32,000 bases of DNA from Pyrodictium occultum (GCF_001462395.1 NZ_LNTB01000001.1:870001-902000), one strand, 5' to 3'. Positions 24,523 through 32,000 are shown, counted from the stretch's first letter. Program-made: numbers and translations. Notes: generated by a model not told the origin, from the letters alone.

Positions 24523-25092
24523 ATGCAACCCAGAGCGAGGGGGTCATGGTTGCCGGGGAGCCGTGGAGAGGAGCCAAGGGTGCTAGGCTTCCGGGAGCTG
24601 TGCCGCGGCCGCCGCTTCTCCTTCGGCCAGGTAGAGGCCCTGGTTAACGGGCAGAGGAGGCTGTTCGACACGTTCCAGCACCCGGGCGCGGTGGCCGTGG
24701 TGGCGGTGGACGAGCGGGGCAGGGTGCTTATGGAGCGCCAGTACCGGCCGAGCGTGGGGGAGTGGCTCTACGAGATCCCCGCCGGCACGCTGGAGCCGGG
24801 GGAGGAGCCGGAGGAGACTGCGCGGAGGGAGCTTGTGGAGGAGACCGGCTACGAGCCGGGCTGGCTCAGGCCCCTGGCCAGGTTCTACAGCAGCCCCGGG
24901 GTCTCCACAGAGATGCTCTACATCTACGCGGCGGGCGGGCTCAGGGAGGTGGGGGCCAGGCCGGAGGAGGACGAGGTGATAGAGGTCCGCTGGGTCCCGC
25001 TGGAGGAGGCGCTGGAGATGATCAAGAGGGGGGAGATAAGGGACTGCAAGACCCTGGCCGGGCTCCTGCTATACAAGTTTCTCCTCGGCTAG
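24523..25092 (+). CDS. Nudix hydrolase, ADP-ribose pyrophosphatase-like
   Basis: The Nudix box is GTLEPGEEPEETARRELVEETGY (GX5EX7REUXEEXGU). The surrounding AVAVVAVDERGRVLMERQYRP and SPGVSTEMLYIY resemble NudF-type enzymes. The start is uncertain. Confidence 0.8.
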   Translation: MQPRARGSWLPGSRGEEPRVLGFRELCRGRRFSFGQVEALVNGQRRLFDTFQHPGAVAVVAVDERGRVLMERQYRPSVGEWLYEIPAGTLEPGEEPEETARRELVEETGYEPGWLRPLARFYSSPGVSTEMLYIYAAGGLREVGARPEEDEVIEVRWVPLEEALEMIKRGEIRDCKTLAGLLLYKFLLG

Positions 25093-25767
25093 CATCCTCC
25101 CCAGGCTGCCCTGCACCACCCAGCCCCGGCCCGGGCCGGCGTAGTAGACGAGGCCCTCCTCGCGGAGGAGCCGGAAGAGAGCCTTGTAGCGGCCCATCTG
25201 CGCCTCTGCCTCGTACTCGTCGCTCGCCCGGAGCCCCCTCAGCCTCTCGAGGAACTCGCGGAGCCCCTGCCGCGTCAGCACCACGGTCTCCCCGCCCAGG
25301 CCGGCCACCACTAGGCCCCTCCTCCGGGCCTCCTCCGGGTCGAAGCCCTCCCGGGCCTCCGGCGGCAGCTCGTGGAGCAGCACGTAGCCCCTGCCCCGGA
25401 GCCTCTCGGCCACGGCGCGGAGCCAGGCGGGCTCCTCCCTGGCCCGGCTCCCCTGCGCCTGCCGCAGCGCCTGGGCCACCGCGGCCGATATGGCGCGGGC
25501 CAGCTCCTCCACGTCGCGGCGCGTTAGCCCGCCTCCCCGGCGCTCCAGCGCCTCCAGCCTCCTCTCGATGGCCTCCAGCCTCTCCTCTATCCTCTCAAGC
25601 CTCTCGAGGAGGGCCTTATCGGCCCCCTCCCCGCAGCCCCCGCCGGCCTCCCTGGCGGCCTCCTCCGCCACGCGGCGGATCAGCTCCTCCACGTCTACCT
25701 GCCTGGAGTGGACTGCCGCCCCCAGCTCGCGGAGGTAGTCGTCCAGCCGCCGGTTCCTAGGCATCAC
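25069..25767 (-). CDS. Hypothetical coiled-coil protein with two wHTH-like C-terminal modules; downstream partner of the giant NTPase
   Basis: 232 aa. It has a heptad-like LERLERIEERLEAIERRLEALERR segment (nt 25537-25614), then GYVLLHELPP...GLVVAGLGGETVVLTRQGLREFLERL and YKALFRLLREEGLVYYAGPGRGWVV. The antisense ORF (24762-25760) is P/R/G/A low-complexity. The start is GTG at 25767 followed directly by ATG at 25764. Confidence 0.6.
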   Translation of the reverse strand: MMPRNRRLDDYLRELGAAVHSRQVDVEELIRRVAEEAAREAGGGCGEGADKALLERLERIEERLEAIERRLEALERRGGGLTRRDVEELARAISAAVAQALRQAQGSRAREEPAWLRAVAERLRGRGYVLLHELPPEAREGFDPEEARRRGLVVAGLGGETVVLTRQGLREFLERLRGLRASDEYEAEAQMGRYKALFRLLREEGLVYYAGPGRGWVVQGSLGRMLAEEKLV

Positions 25768-25921
25768 CGCTGCCCCTTCCTGCCCCCCGGGAGGCTCTGG
25801 GAGGAGGGGTTCTCCCGGCCCCTCTTCCCCCTCTCGCTCGTTGCCGGCCGGGCCTCCCTATAGCTCTGCCTGGGGGTGGCCGAAGCTAATCCCGCCGCCC
25901 GGAGGCCGCGGGGAAGAGAGG

Positions 25922-28900
25922 CTAGAGCCTGGGCTCCAGGACCTCCTTCTCGATGAGGGATATCAGTATCCTCCTGGCCTCCTCGAGGCCGATCCCCATC
26001 CTCTCGGCCACTATCTCGGCGGCCTCGCGGAGCAGCAGCTCGCCCCTCCTCCTCCGCTCCAGCGCCACCAGCTTGTAGGCCTCCAGCTCCTCCGGCGAGA
26101 GCAGCCCTGCTCCCTCAGCCATCCTCCTCAGCTCCTCCATGTAGCCGTGCAGCCTGGCCACGGCCTCGAACGGGTCCCCGGCCCTGGGGGGCTCCGGGGC
26201 CCCGGAGCCCGCCCTCTCCAGCGCCTCGCGGAGCGCCTGCGCCTCCGCCTCCAGCGCGCTGCGCAGCCTCTCAGCCTCCGCCACCGCGTCGGCGTGAACC
26301 CTCTTAGCCCTCTCAAGGCTGTCCCGGAGCACCGCCACGGCGCTCTCCACCAGCCCCCTGGCCTCCCTGGCGGCCTCGACCCGGCCCCCGCCCCTCCTCA
26401 GCGCCTCCATCGCATTGCTCCTGAGCGCCCTGGCCTGGTCCAGGGCCAGCGCCAGGTCCTCCACCGCCTCCCCGAGCCTCCTCGAGGAGGGGAGCCCGGC
26501 CTCCCCGGCCCTGGCCCTGGCCTCCTCGAGGCCGTGGAGCCAGCTCTCCGCCTCGGCGGCCAGCTCCTCCATCGCCTCCAGGCTCTGGAGCAGCCGGTCC
26601 ACCTGCTCCTCCAGCTCCAGCAGGGGCCGGCGGCCCTCCTCGAGCTGGCGCCGGGCCTCGGCGAGCAGCTGCTCAGCCTCGTCCAGGCCTATCTCGCCGG
26701 GCGCCTCCAGGCCCTGCAGCACTATCGCCTGGGGCTCCGGGGCCTCGGCGCCCAGCCTCCGCAGCCTCTCGGCCAGCTCCTCCGCCCTCCTCCGGAGCCC
26801 GGCGGTCTCCTCCAGCAGTCTCCGCAGCCTCTCGGCCAGCTCCTCCAGCGCCCTGAGCGTGCTCTGCAGCCACTCGCCCTCCTCTATCCCGCTGGGGGTC
26901 AGCTTGGCCAGCCCCAGCTCCTCGAGCCTCCTCGCTACCAGCCAGAGCTTGTAGTTGAAGTGCAGCGCCGGCCCGGTGCCGGAGACGTAGAAGGGGTTCA
27001 CCCGGCCGGGGTCGCGGGGCCTCCGGCGCCTGGCCTCCTCCCAGAGCCTCCTGGCCTCCTCCTCCAGCTGCGCCTCGCTGATCCTCAGCTCCTCTATCTC
27101 CTCCACTGCGTGGACCGCCTCCCTCAGCCTCTCGAGCCCCTCTATCCTCAGCCTCACCTTCCTGCCGGTGAGCCTCTCCAGCAGCCTCTCGGTCTCCCTG
27201 CGGGCCTCCTCTATCCTGCCGGCGTACTCCTCCAGCCGCGCCCTCAGCCTCCTCGCCTCCGCGGCGGCGGGCTTCACGTGGCCCCGGAGGATCTCGCCTC
27301 TCACGTACTCCGCCGCGTCGAGCACGGTGCGGGCCAGCCGGAGGGACATGAGCAGGTTGCCAGCCTTCAGGGCCTCCTCGGCAGTGGCCAGCAGGCCTCT
27401 CATCTTCCTGGCGAACCCCTCGAGGCTTCCAGCCCTGTAGTCCCTCGCCTTCGCGGAGACTATCAGCCCCCAGCTCCTCGCCTCGGGGTCCCCCTCTATC
27501 TCCTCGACGAGCTCCCGGGCCTCCCGTATCAGCTGCCACGCTGCCTCCTCGCTGTCGCGGAGCCGGAGCCTGGAGCGCTCGGGGTCAACCCTCCTCTCGG
27601 AGGAGGCGGCGACGAGGCCCCGGTAGACGAGGCTCTGGAGCAGCATTCTCCTAGTGCCCGGGTTGCGAGCCTCGACAACCAGCAGCTCCCAAACCCTGGA
27701 CGCCTGGACCTCCTGGCTCCGGGCGCCCAGCTGCTCCAGGGCCCGGAGCACGCTCCTCTCCACGGGGCTGAGCACGTCCACCCTCGCCGAGCCGTTCGTC
27801 TTCTCCAGGAAGCCGTTGGCGGCCAGCAGGAGCATGTACTTCTCCAGGGTCTGGACCTCGCCCCGGTCTATGTCGGGGCTCAGCAGGCCCCGCCCCTCGC
27901 CGCCCGGGCCGCGGTAGAGGTGGTACCTCATAACGTACTCGTAGGCGGCGTGCAGCGCCTCCCTGGCGGAGGCCCTCGTGCTCGGGACCACGAGGAAGTA
28001 GCGGAGCGCGCCGCTCAGCTCCGTCGGCCTCTCGACGTCGTAGCCCAGCTTCGGGTCCCTCACCAGAAGCGGGGCCCCCTCGACGCCCTCCTCTAGCCCC
28101 CGCTCCAGCCTCTCCCTGGGCCTCAGCTCCTCGGCGAGCTCGCGGAGCATGGAGTGGAGGCGGAGGGGGTCCAGCCCGAGCCTCTCGGCGGCCTCCGGGC
28201 TCCCCGCGGCCTCCACGGCGGCGTGCAGCGCCTCCTCCAGCCCGCCCGTCTCGGCGGCCAGCTTCACCCCGAGGGCCTGGAGCCTGACGCGGCTAACCAT
28301 GGACTCTATGGGGGCGTCGACTATCTTCAGGAAGAGCTTGCCCTCGAGGCTTTCGAGCAGCCTCCTGGCCCGCGGCTCCACCCCTCCATGGTGCACCAGC
28401 AGCACGGCGTGGGGCCTCCAGCCGCTCATAACGGCAGCCATCACCTGGCTCTCCAGCCTCCTAGCCTCCTCGGCGGTCACCTCGCCCGGCACCGCGTAGA
28501 CCAGCACCCGGGCCCTCGCGCCCCCCTGGAGCACGGCCTCAGCCCTAGCCACGCCCTCGCCCTGGAGCGCCGGCGGCTCCCTTAGCAGCCCCTCGGCGGC
28601 CAGCACAGCGGCGGCGCCGGCGGCGAGGTGGCTGCGGCCGGCCTCGGTGTAGACGCGGCGTATCACCTGCAGCCTCTCGACACGGTCAGCTATGAAGTCC
28701 AGGTAGCTCAGCTCGGGGCTCACGTAGAGGAGGCGCTGCAGCCTCGGCGACAGCATGTAGGCCCTGGAGCCGCCGGCGCCCAGGAGCCGGGAGAATAGGG
28801 CCTCCCAGAGCAGCTGGGCCAGCCTCTCGGCCTCCGAGCGGCTTAGCTCCAGCGGCGACGCGTCCGCCACCAGGTCCACCGCGGCCCTCTCGTCCGGGGG

Positions 28901-30445
28901 CACGGCCACGACCAGCCTGCCCGTGGGCTCGGTGTAGACGAGGCTGTCGAGCAGCTGCTCCAGCGGGCTCCCCCCATCCATCCCCGCCAGCTGGGGGAGG
29001 AGCTTCACAGCCTCCGGCTCCACCGTGCGGAGAAGCTTGAAGGCATCCTCCACCGCCGGGGTCTCGAGCACTTCGTGGACGAGCCTCTGCACCCCCAGCT
29101 CGCGGCGGGGCCAGGACTGCTCGCCGTAGAGGTTCATCTCCCTAACCATCTCCTCAAGGACGCCGGGCCTGGCCCCGAGCGCGGCGGCGAGGTCCTCCAC
29201 CGGCGCGGCGCCCCTGGCCACGAGCTCCTCGAGCAGCCTCCTGGCGAGCCCCGCGTCGAAGCCCGCCAGCCTCGCCCGGGCCCCCCAGCCCTCAGCCAGC
29301 CTCGAGTAGGCCTCGCTGTTGAGGGCCGGCAGCTCGGCGCCGCCGACGCTCAGCGTGAGGCCCTGGAGGGCCTCCAGCAGCTCCCCGGTATCGAGCACGG
29401 CCACGCCGTCGCCGCAGTCACCGCGGCCCCGCGCCCAGGAGACTAGGTAGCGGAAGGCCGAGACCAGTGCCCCCATGTTGCCCAGCGTGCCTGATACCAC
29501 AGCGTGGGCCAGGCTGTGGTCCCTGAGCAGCCCCTCGAGCCCCCTGCCGAGAGTGTAGCGGGCGAGGCTCTCCAGGAAGGCGAAGGCCTCGCGCCTGGTG
29601 AGCGGCCTTATCCAGATACTCCTCACTCTCCTCCGGAGCCTCGCGGCCACGGTGGCGAAGTCCCTTAGCCCCATCAGCCTGCTGTAGGCCGGGGGAGTGA
29701 GGCTGGCCACCAGGTGGAGGGCGCCCGGCATGCAGCCCTCGCCGCTGCAGCCGGCGGAGACTATCTCCACGTCGCCGTTCAGTATGCCCACGAGCCCTGC
29801 CACGAGCTCCGCCAGCTCCTCCTCCCTCGCCGAGGCGACGAGGTCCTCGAGCTCGTCTATGAACACTACGAGCCTACCGCCCCTGGGCACCAGGCCGCGG
29901 AGCACCCTCTCCACGTAGCCCCGGAGGCTCTCCGCCCCATCGGGGCCGCCGTAGCGGGGGAGGAGCCCCCTCTGCTCCAGCCCCGCGGCGAGGAGCGCGG
30001 CGGCGAGCCGGTAGGCGGGGCCCCTCTCGCTCCTGCCGCGCAGCGAGGAGAGGTGGGCGAGCACCGTGGCGGCCCGGGCCTCGAGGCCCAGCCAGCCCCT
30101 CTCCTCCAGCCAGGGCCTGATCCTAGCGTTGTATACGCTTGTCTTCCCCTCCCCCCACTCCGCCACGAGGAGCACGAGGACGGGGTCCTGGCTCTTCTCC
30201 ATCTCGTTGAGGGCCTCGGCTACCTGCTGGTAGACCCTCTGCCTGCTCGGCAGCGGGGGGAGGTACTCGTCGAGCCTCCTGGCGTCCGTGCCAGTCAGGC
30301 TCGGCAGCCTCGCGGGCGGCGGCCCGCAGCGCCTGGCCACAGTCTCCGGAGGCATAGCCGAAACCCGGGTGTAGAGGCATGAGTAACACTCATACAGCGG
30401 CACCCCTCGGCTCCCGGCGGCCAGCCCGTAGTACACGGGTAGCAC
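25922..30445 (-). CDS. Very large orphan P-loop NTPase (about 1477-1507 aa): STAND/ORC-like ATPase head, helical/wHTH-like middle, long E/R/A/L coiled coil, C-terminal wHTH-like tail
   Basis: Walker A AEWGEGKTS is at nt 30137-30163 and Walker B RLVVFIDELED at 29843-29869, about 100 aa apart. IWIRPLTRREAFAFLESL matches the L.PL...EA..F(L) block of archaeal ATPase/AAA_16/STAND families. The C-terminal 470 aa or so is dominated by E/R/A/L heptad-like sequence, and the last 60 aa (REAAEIVAERMGIGLEEARRILISLIEKEVLE) looks like an HTH. The start is either the GTG at 30445 or the ATG at 30353-30355. Confidence 0.8.
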   Translation of the reverse strand: MLPVYYGLAAGSRGVPLYECYSCLYTRVSAMPPETVARRCGPPPARLPSLTGTDARRLDEYLPPLPSRQRVYQQVAEALNEMEKSQDPVLVLLVAEWGEGKTSVYNARIRPWLEERGWLGLEARAATVLAHLSSLRGRSERGPAYRLAAALLAAGLEQRGLLPRYGGPDGAESLRGYVERVLRGLVPRGGRLVVFIDELEDLVASAREEELAELVAGLVGILNGDVEIVSAGCSGEGCMPGALHLVASLTPPAYSRLMGLRDFATVAARLRRRVRSIWIRPLTRREAFAFLESLARYTLGRGLEGLLRDHSLAHAVVSGTLGNMGALVSAFRYLVSWARGRGDCGDGVAVLDTGELLEALQGLTLSVGGAELPALNSEAYSRLAEGWGARARLAGFDAGLARRLLEELVARGAAPVEDLAAALGARPGVLEEMVREMNLYGEQSWPRRELGVQRLVHEVLETPAVEDAFKLLRTVEPEAVKLLPQLAGMDGGSPLEQLLDSLVYTEPTGRLVVAVPPDERAAVDLVADASPLELSRSEAERLAQLLWEALFSRLLGAGGSRAYMLSPRLQRLLYVSPELSYLDFIADRVERLQVIRRVYTEAGRSHLAAGAAAVLAAEGLLREPPALQGEGVARAEAVLQGGARARVLVYAVPGEVTAEEARRLESQVMAAVMSGWRPHAVLLVHHGGVEPRARRLLESLEGKLFLKIVDAPIESMVSRVRLQALGVKLAAETGGLEEALHAAVEAAGSPEAAERLGLDPLRLHSMLRELAEELRPRERLERGLEEGVEGAPLLVRDPKLGYDVERPTELSGALRYFLVVPSTRASAREALHAAYEYVMRYHLYRGPGGEGRGLLSPDIDRGEVQTLEKYMLLLAANGFLEKTNGSARVDVLSPVERSVLRALEQLGARSQEVQASRVWELLVVEARNPGTRRMLLQSLVYRGLVAASSERRVDPERSRLRLRDSEEAAWQLIREARELVEEIEGDPEARSWGLIVSAKARDYRAGSLEGFARKMRGLLATAEEALKAGNLLMSLRLARTVLDAAEYVRGEILRGHVKPAAAEARRLRARLEEYAGRIEEARRETERLLERLTGRKVRLRIEGLERLREAVHAVEEIEELRISEAQLEEEARRLWEEARRRRPRDPGRVNPFYVSGTGPALHFNYKLWLVARRLEELGLAKLTPSGIEEGEWLQSTLRALEELAERLRRLLEETAGLRRRAEELAERLRRLGAEAPEPQAIVLQGLEAPGEIGLDEAEQLLAEARRQLEEGRRPLLELEEQVDRLLQSLEAMEELAAEAESWLHGLEEARARAGEAGLPSSRRLGEAVEDLALALDQARALRSNAMEALRRGGGRVEAAREARGLVESAVAVLRDSLERAKRVHADAVAEAERLRSALEAEAQALREALERAGSGAPEPPRAGDPFEAVARLHGYMEELRRMAEGAGLLSPEELEAYKLVALERRRRGELLLREAAEIVAERMGIGLEEARRILISLIEKEVLEPRL
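26757..26846 (-). repeat. Intragenic direct repeat: two identical 27-nt copies (ctccgcagcctctcggccagctcctcc) 63 nt apart
   Basis: Copies at 26757-26783 and 26820-26846 are identical on the plus strand. Both encode EELAERLRRL within ...ELAERLRRLLEETAGLRRRAEELAERLRRLGAE..., which is a 21-residue (three-heptad) register. Confidence 0.85.
30379..30393. promoter_or_regulatory. Inverted repeat ATGAGT-AAC-ACTCAT just upstream of the ATG candidate start of the giant NTPase gene
   Basis: 6-bp perfect arms with a 3-nt spacer lie in the least GC-rich patch between acyP and the ATG at 30355, 24-38 nt upstream of it. If the GTG at 30445 is the real start, the repeat is coding instead (..YECYSCLY..). Confidence 0.3.
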
Positions 30446-30477
30446 TATGGCCGCGGCGCCGGAGCCTCCTGGGGCCT

Positions 30478-30792
30478 CTAGCCCTCCTCCTGGAGGGGCG
30501 TGGGCCGGTACGGCTCCAGGTCGTAGCGTATAGTGAAGTCCCGGTACTCGCCCCGGTACGGCTCCCAGACCACCACGACCCTCTCAACCCGGGCCGCCGG
30601 CGGGCCCCGGTGGGCCCAGCGTATCACCTCCTCAACGGCCTCCCGGGGCCCCTCGACAACAGCCTCCACGCTCCCATCAGGCATGTTCCTGACCCAGCCC
30701 GTGACCCCGAGCCTCCGGGCAACCTCCCTCATAGTGGCCCGGAAGAAGACGCCCTGTACCCTGCCGTAGATGCGGAGATAGGCCCTAGCCAT
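30478..30792 (-). CDS. acyP: Acylphosphatase
   Basis: [48 protein letters not shown]...V matches the acylphosphatase signatures (V.G.VQGV.FR and G.V.N..DG.VE). I trimmed the track start from 30843 to the ATG at 30792, giving about 104 aa. Confidence 0.85.
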   Translation of the reverse strand: MARAYLRIYGRVQGVFFRATMREVARRLGVTGWVRNMPDGSVEAVVEGPREAVEEVIRWAHRGPPAARVERVVVVWEPYRGEYRDFTIRYDLEPYRPTPLQEEG

Positions 30793-30851
30793 CCCGCCGG
30801 CCATGGGCCCTCCGCCCTGGAGGGTGTAGGGAAGTGCACCCATGTAACAGG

Positions 30852-30860
30852 CTTAATAAT
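30852..30860 (-). promoter_or_regulatory. TATA-like element (minus strand ATTATTAAG) upstream of acyP
   Basis: This is the only AT-rich patch in the 228-nt spacer between the oxidoreductase beta gene and acyP. It lies 45-65 nt upstream of the in-frame ATGs at 30804 and 30792. Confidence 0.35.
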
Positions 30861-31071
30861 GTGGCCCCCGGGGCGGGGGAGGGGCTCCAGGTGCTGGTGG
30901 ACGAGGCTGCCAGGGCCATACCTCCTCGACGCAGCGGAGCTGCCCCTCACCGCCGGGCCGCCGCTGCCAGGGCACCCTGGCGTCAAGGCGGGGGCTCAAG
31001 AGCTCCCCGGGAGAGCGTGGGGGCGCGTGGAAAAGGGTGAGGCGTTCTCCCGATGCTCTAGGCGCCTAGTG

Positions 31072-31992
31072 CTAGAGCTTGTCCTGCTCCTCCAGCTCCT
31101 GGAGCTTGAGCATCGCCCTTATCTCGCGCCAGTTGGCCTCTATCTCCTCGTAGATCTTCTTGATGTCCTCTTCGGTCAGGTGGCGGAACCTGCCCTGGAG
31201 CTTGAGGTACTCCTCCACGGGCTTCCTCTTCGAGGGGTCTAGCAGCCTGTTGCTCGGCGGGTTGAGCCTCAGCCGGCCGTTCTCGTACTCGTAGAGTATC
31301 CACATCCCCGTCTCGACCGCCAGCTGGGCTATCCTCGCGGTCAGGCTTGAGTCGAACCTCCAGCCCACAGGGCAGGGGGCGTGGAGGTGGATGTACTTGA
31401 ACCCTCTTATGCTGGCGGCTTTGCGCAGCTTCGCTATGAAGTCCCAGGGGTAGCCCACGCTTGCGGTAGCCACGTAGGGGACCCTGTGGGCGGCTACTAT
31501 CTGTGGCATGGGCTTCTTGAACTCCTTCTTGCCCCGGTGGGTGGTCGTGGTCCAGGCGCCGTAGGGGGTGAGCCCGCTCCTCTGGATACCCGTGTTCATG
31601 TAGGCCTCGTTGTCGACGCAGATGTAGATTATGTCCTCGCCCCTCTCCGCGGCGGCGCTGAGGGCCTGGAGGCCTATGTCAGCGGTGCCGCCGTCCCCGG
31701 CCCAGACAACCACCTGCGCGTCCACGCCCCTGCGGCGGAGCGCCCTGGCAAGCCCGCTGGCGGCGGAAGCGCCGGCGGCGAACACTATGTTGAGCACCGG
31801 GAGCCCCCAGCCCTGCCGGGGCCACATGCCCTGTATGACGGAGCTGCAGCCAGCGGGGATCACTACCACAGCCTTGTCGCCGAGCGCCATGCCGAGGTAC
31901 CTGAACCCCATGGTCTCCGGGCAGCCCGGGCACGCGGCGTTGCCGGGCATAACGTACTTCTCCTTGGGTAGCTTACGTATGTTTATAGCCAT
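31072..31992 (-). CDS. 2-oxoacid:ferredoxin oxidoreductase beta subunit (pyruvate/2-ketoisovalerate type, PorB/VorB-like, TPP-binding)
   Basis: The N-terminal block is PGNAACPGCPETMGFRYL...PAGCSSV. The TPP motif is WAGDGGTADIGLQALSAAAERGEDIIYICVDNEAYMNTGIQ (GDG...N). ATG start at 31990-31992. The upstream partner gene would lie beyond the window edge. Confidence 0.85.
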   Translation of the reverse strand: MAINIRKLPKEKYVMPGNAACPGCPETMGFRYLGMALGDKAVVVIPAGCSSVIQGMWPRQGWGLPVLNIVFAAGASAASGLARALRRRGVDAQVVVWAGDGGTADIGLQALSAAAERGEDIIYICVDNEAYMNTGIQRSGLTPYGAWTTTTHRGKKEFKKPMPQIVAAHRVPYVATASVGYPWDFIAKLRKAASIRGFKYIHLHAPCPVGWRFDSSLTARIAQLAVETGMWILYEYENGRLRLNPPSNRLLDPSKRKPVEEYLKLQGRFRHLTEEDIKKIYEEIEANWREIRAMLKLQELEEQDKL

Positions 31993-32000
31993 CCCGGGGC

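Noticed and set aside
24762-25760. 332-aa plus-strand ORF overlapping the Nudix 3' end and the 232-aa gene
   Set aside because: Its composition is extremely P/R/G/A-rich (..PRSPRPGRPPLGPSSGPPPGRSPPGPP..). It is the antisense frame of the coiled-coil gene and has no start context.
25841-28096. 751-aa plus-strand ORF, the second longest in the track
   Set aside because: It lies exactly antisense to the giant NTPase gene. Its product is a P/L/G/Q/A-rich low-complexity string with no motifs, whereas the minus-strand frame has Walker motifs and coiled-coil periodicity. This is the usual stop-poor shadow frame of GC-rich coding DNA.
1-32000. A window-wide search for CRISPR arrays, rRNA or tRNA genes, transposases, integrases and terminal inverted repeats flanking the candidate system
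   Set aside because: None was found by eye. The only repeats seen are the 27-nt intragenic duplication and short G/C-rich motifs. I therefore make no mobile-element, genomic-island or complete BREX-like locus claim; no methyltransferase or PglZ-like gene is present in the window.

Overview
This is a GC-rich window with G/C-ending codons and short AT-rich TATA-like islands in the intergenic regions. The gene content looks archaeal and Thermoprotei-like: an 11-subunit-type complex I without NuoE/F/G, a class-III signal-peptide pilin, Thr-rich stalked solute-binding proteins, QueD/QueE and a PorB-type oxidoreductase.

Gene order, left to right:
- (1) A nuo cluster on the minus strand, read right to left as nuoA-B-[C]-D-H-I-J-K-M-L, in which nuoC alone sits on the opposite strand.
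- (2) gcvH, trxB, pheA and queD-queE.
- (3) An Opp/Dpp-type peptide ABC transporter (oppB-C-D-F on the minus strand). Its divergently encoded family-5 binding protein appears circularly permuted.
- (4) A BtuFCD/Fep-type ABC transporter.
- (5) An APC-family amino-acid permease.
- (6) A class-III-signal-peptide pilin-like protein followed by a 179-aa unknown.
- (7) A Nudix hydrolase.
- (8) A co-directional minus-strand block of acylphosphatase, a roughly 1500-aa orphan P-loop NTPase and a 232-aa coiled-coil partner. The NTPase has a STAND/ORC-like head, a long E/R/A/L coiled coil and a wHTH-like tail.
- (9) The beta subunit of a 2-oxoacid:ferredoxin oxidoreductase.

The giant NTPase with its partner is the best candidate for an undescribed system. 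I saw no rRNA or tRNA genes, CRISPR arrays, transposases or integrases.

Limits: all product calls rest on motif recognition by eye, with no database search. Many start codons are ambiguous because GTG and TTG starts are common. The many long antisense ORFs in the track are GC-composition shadows.
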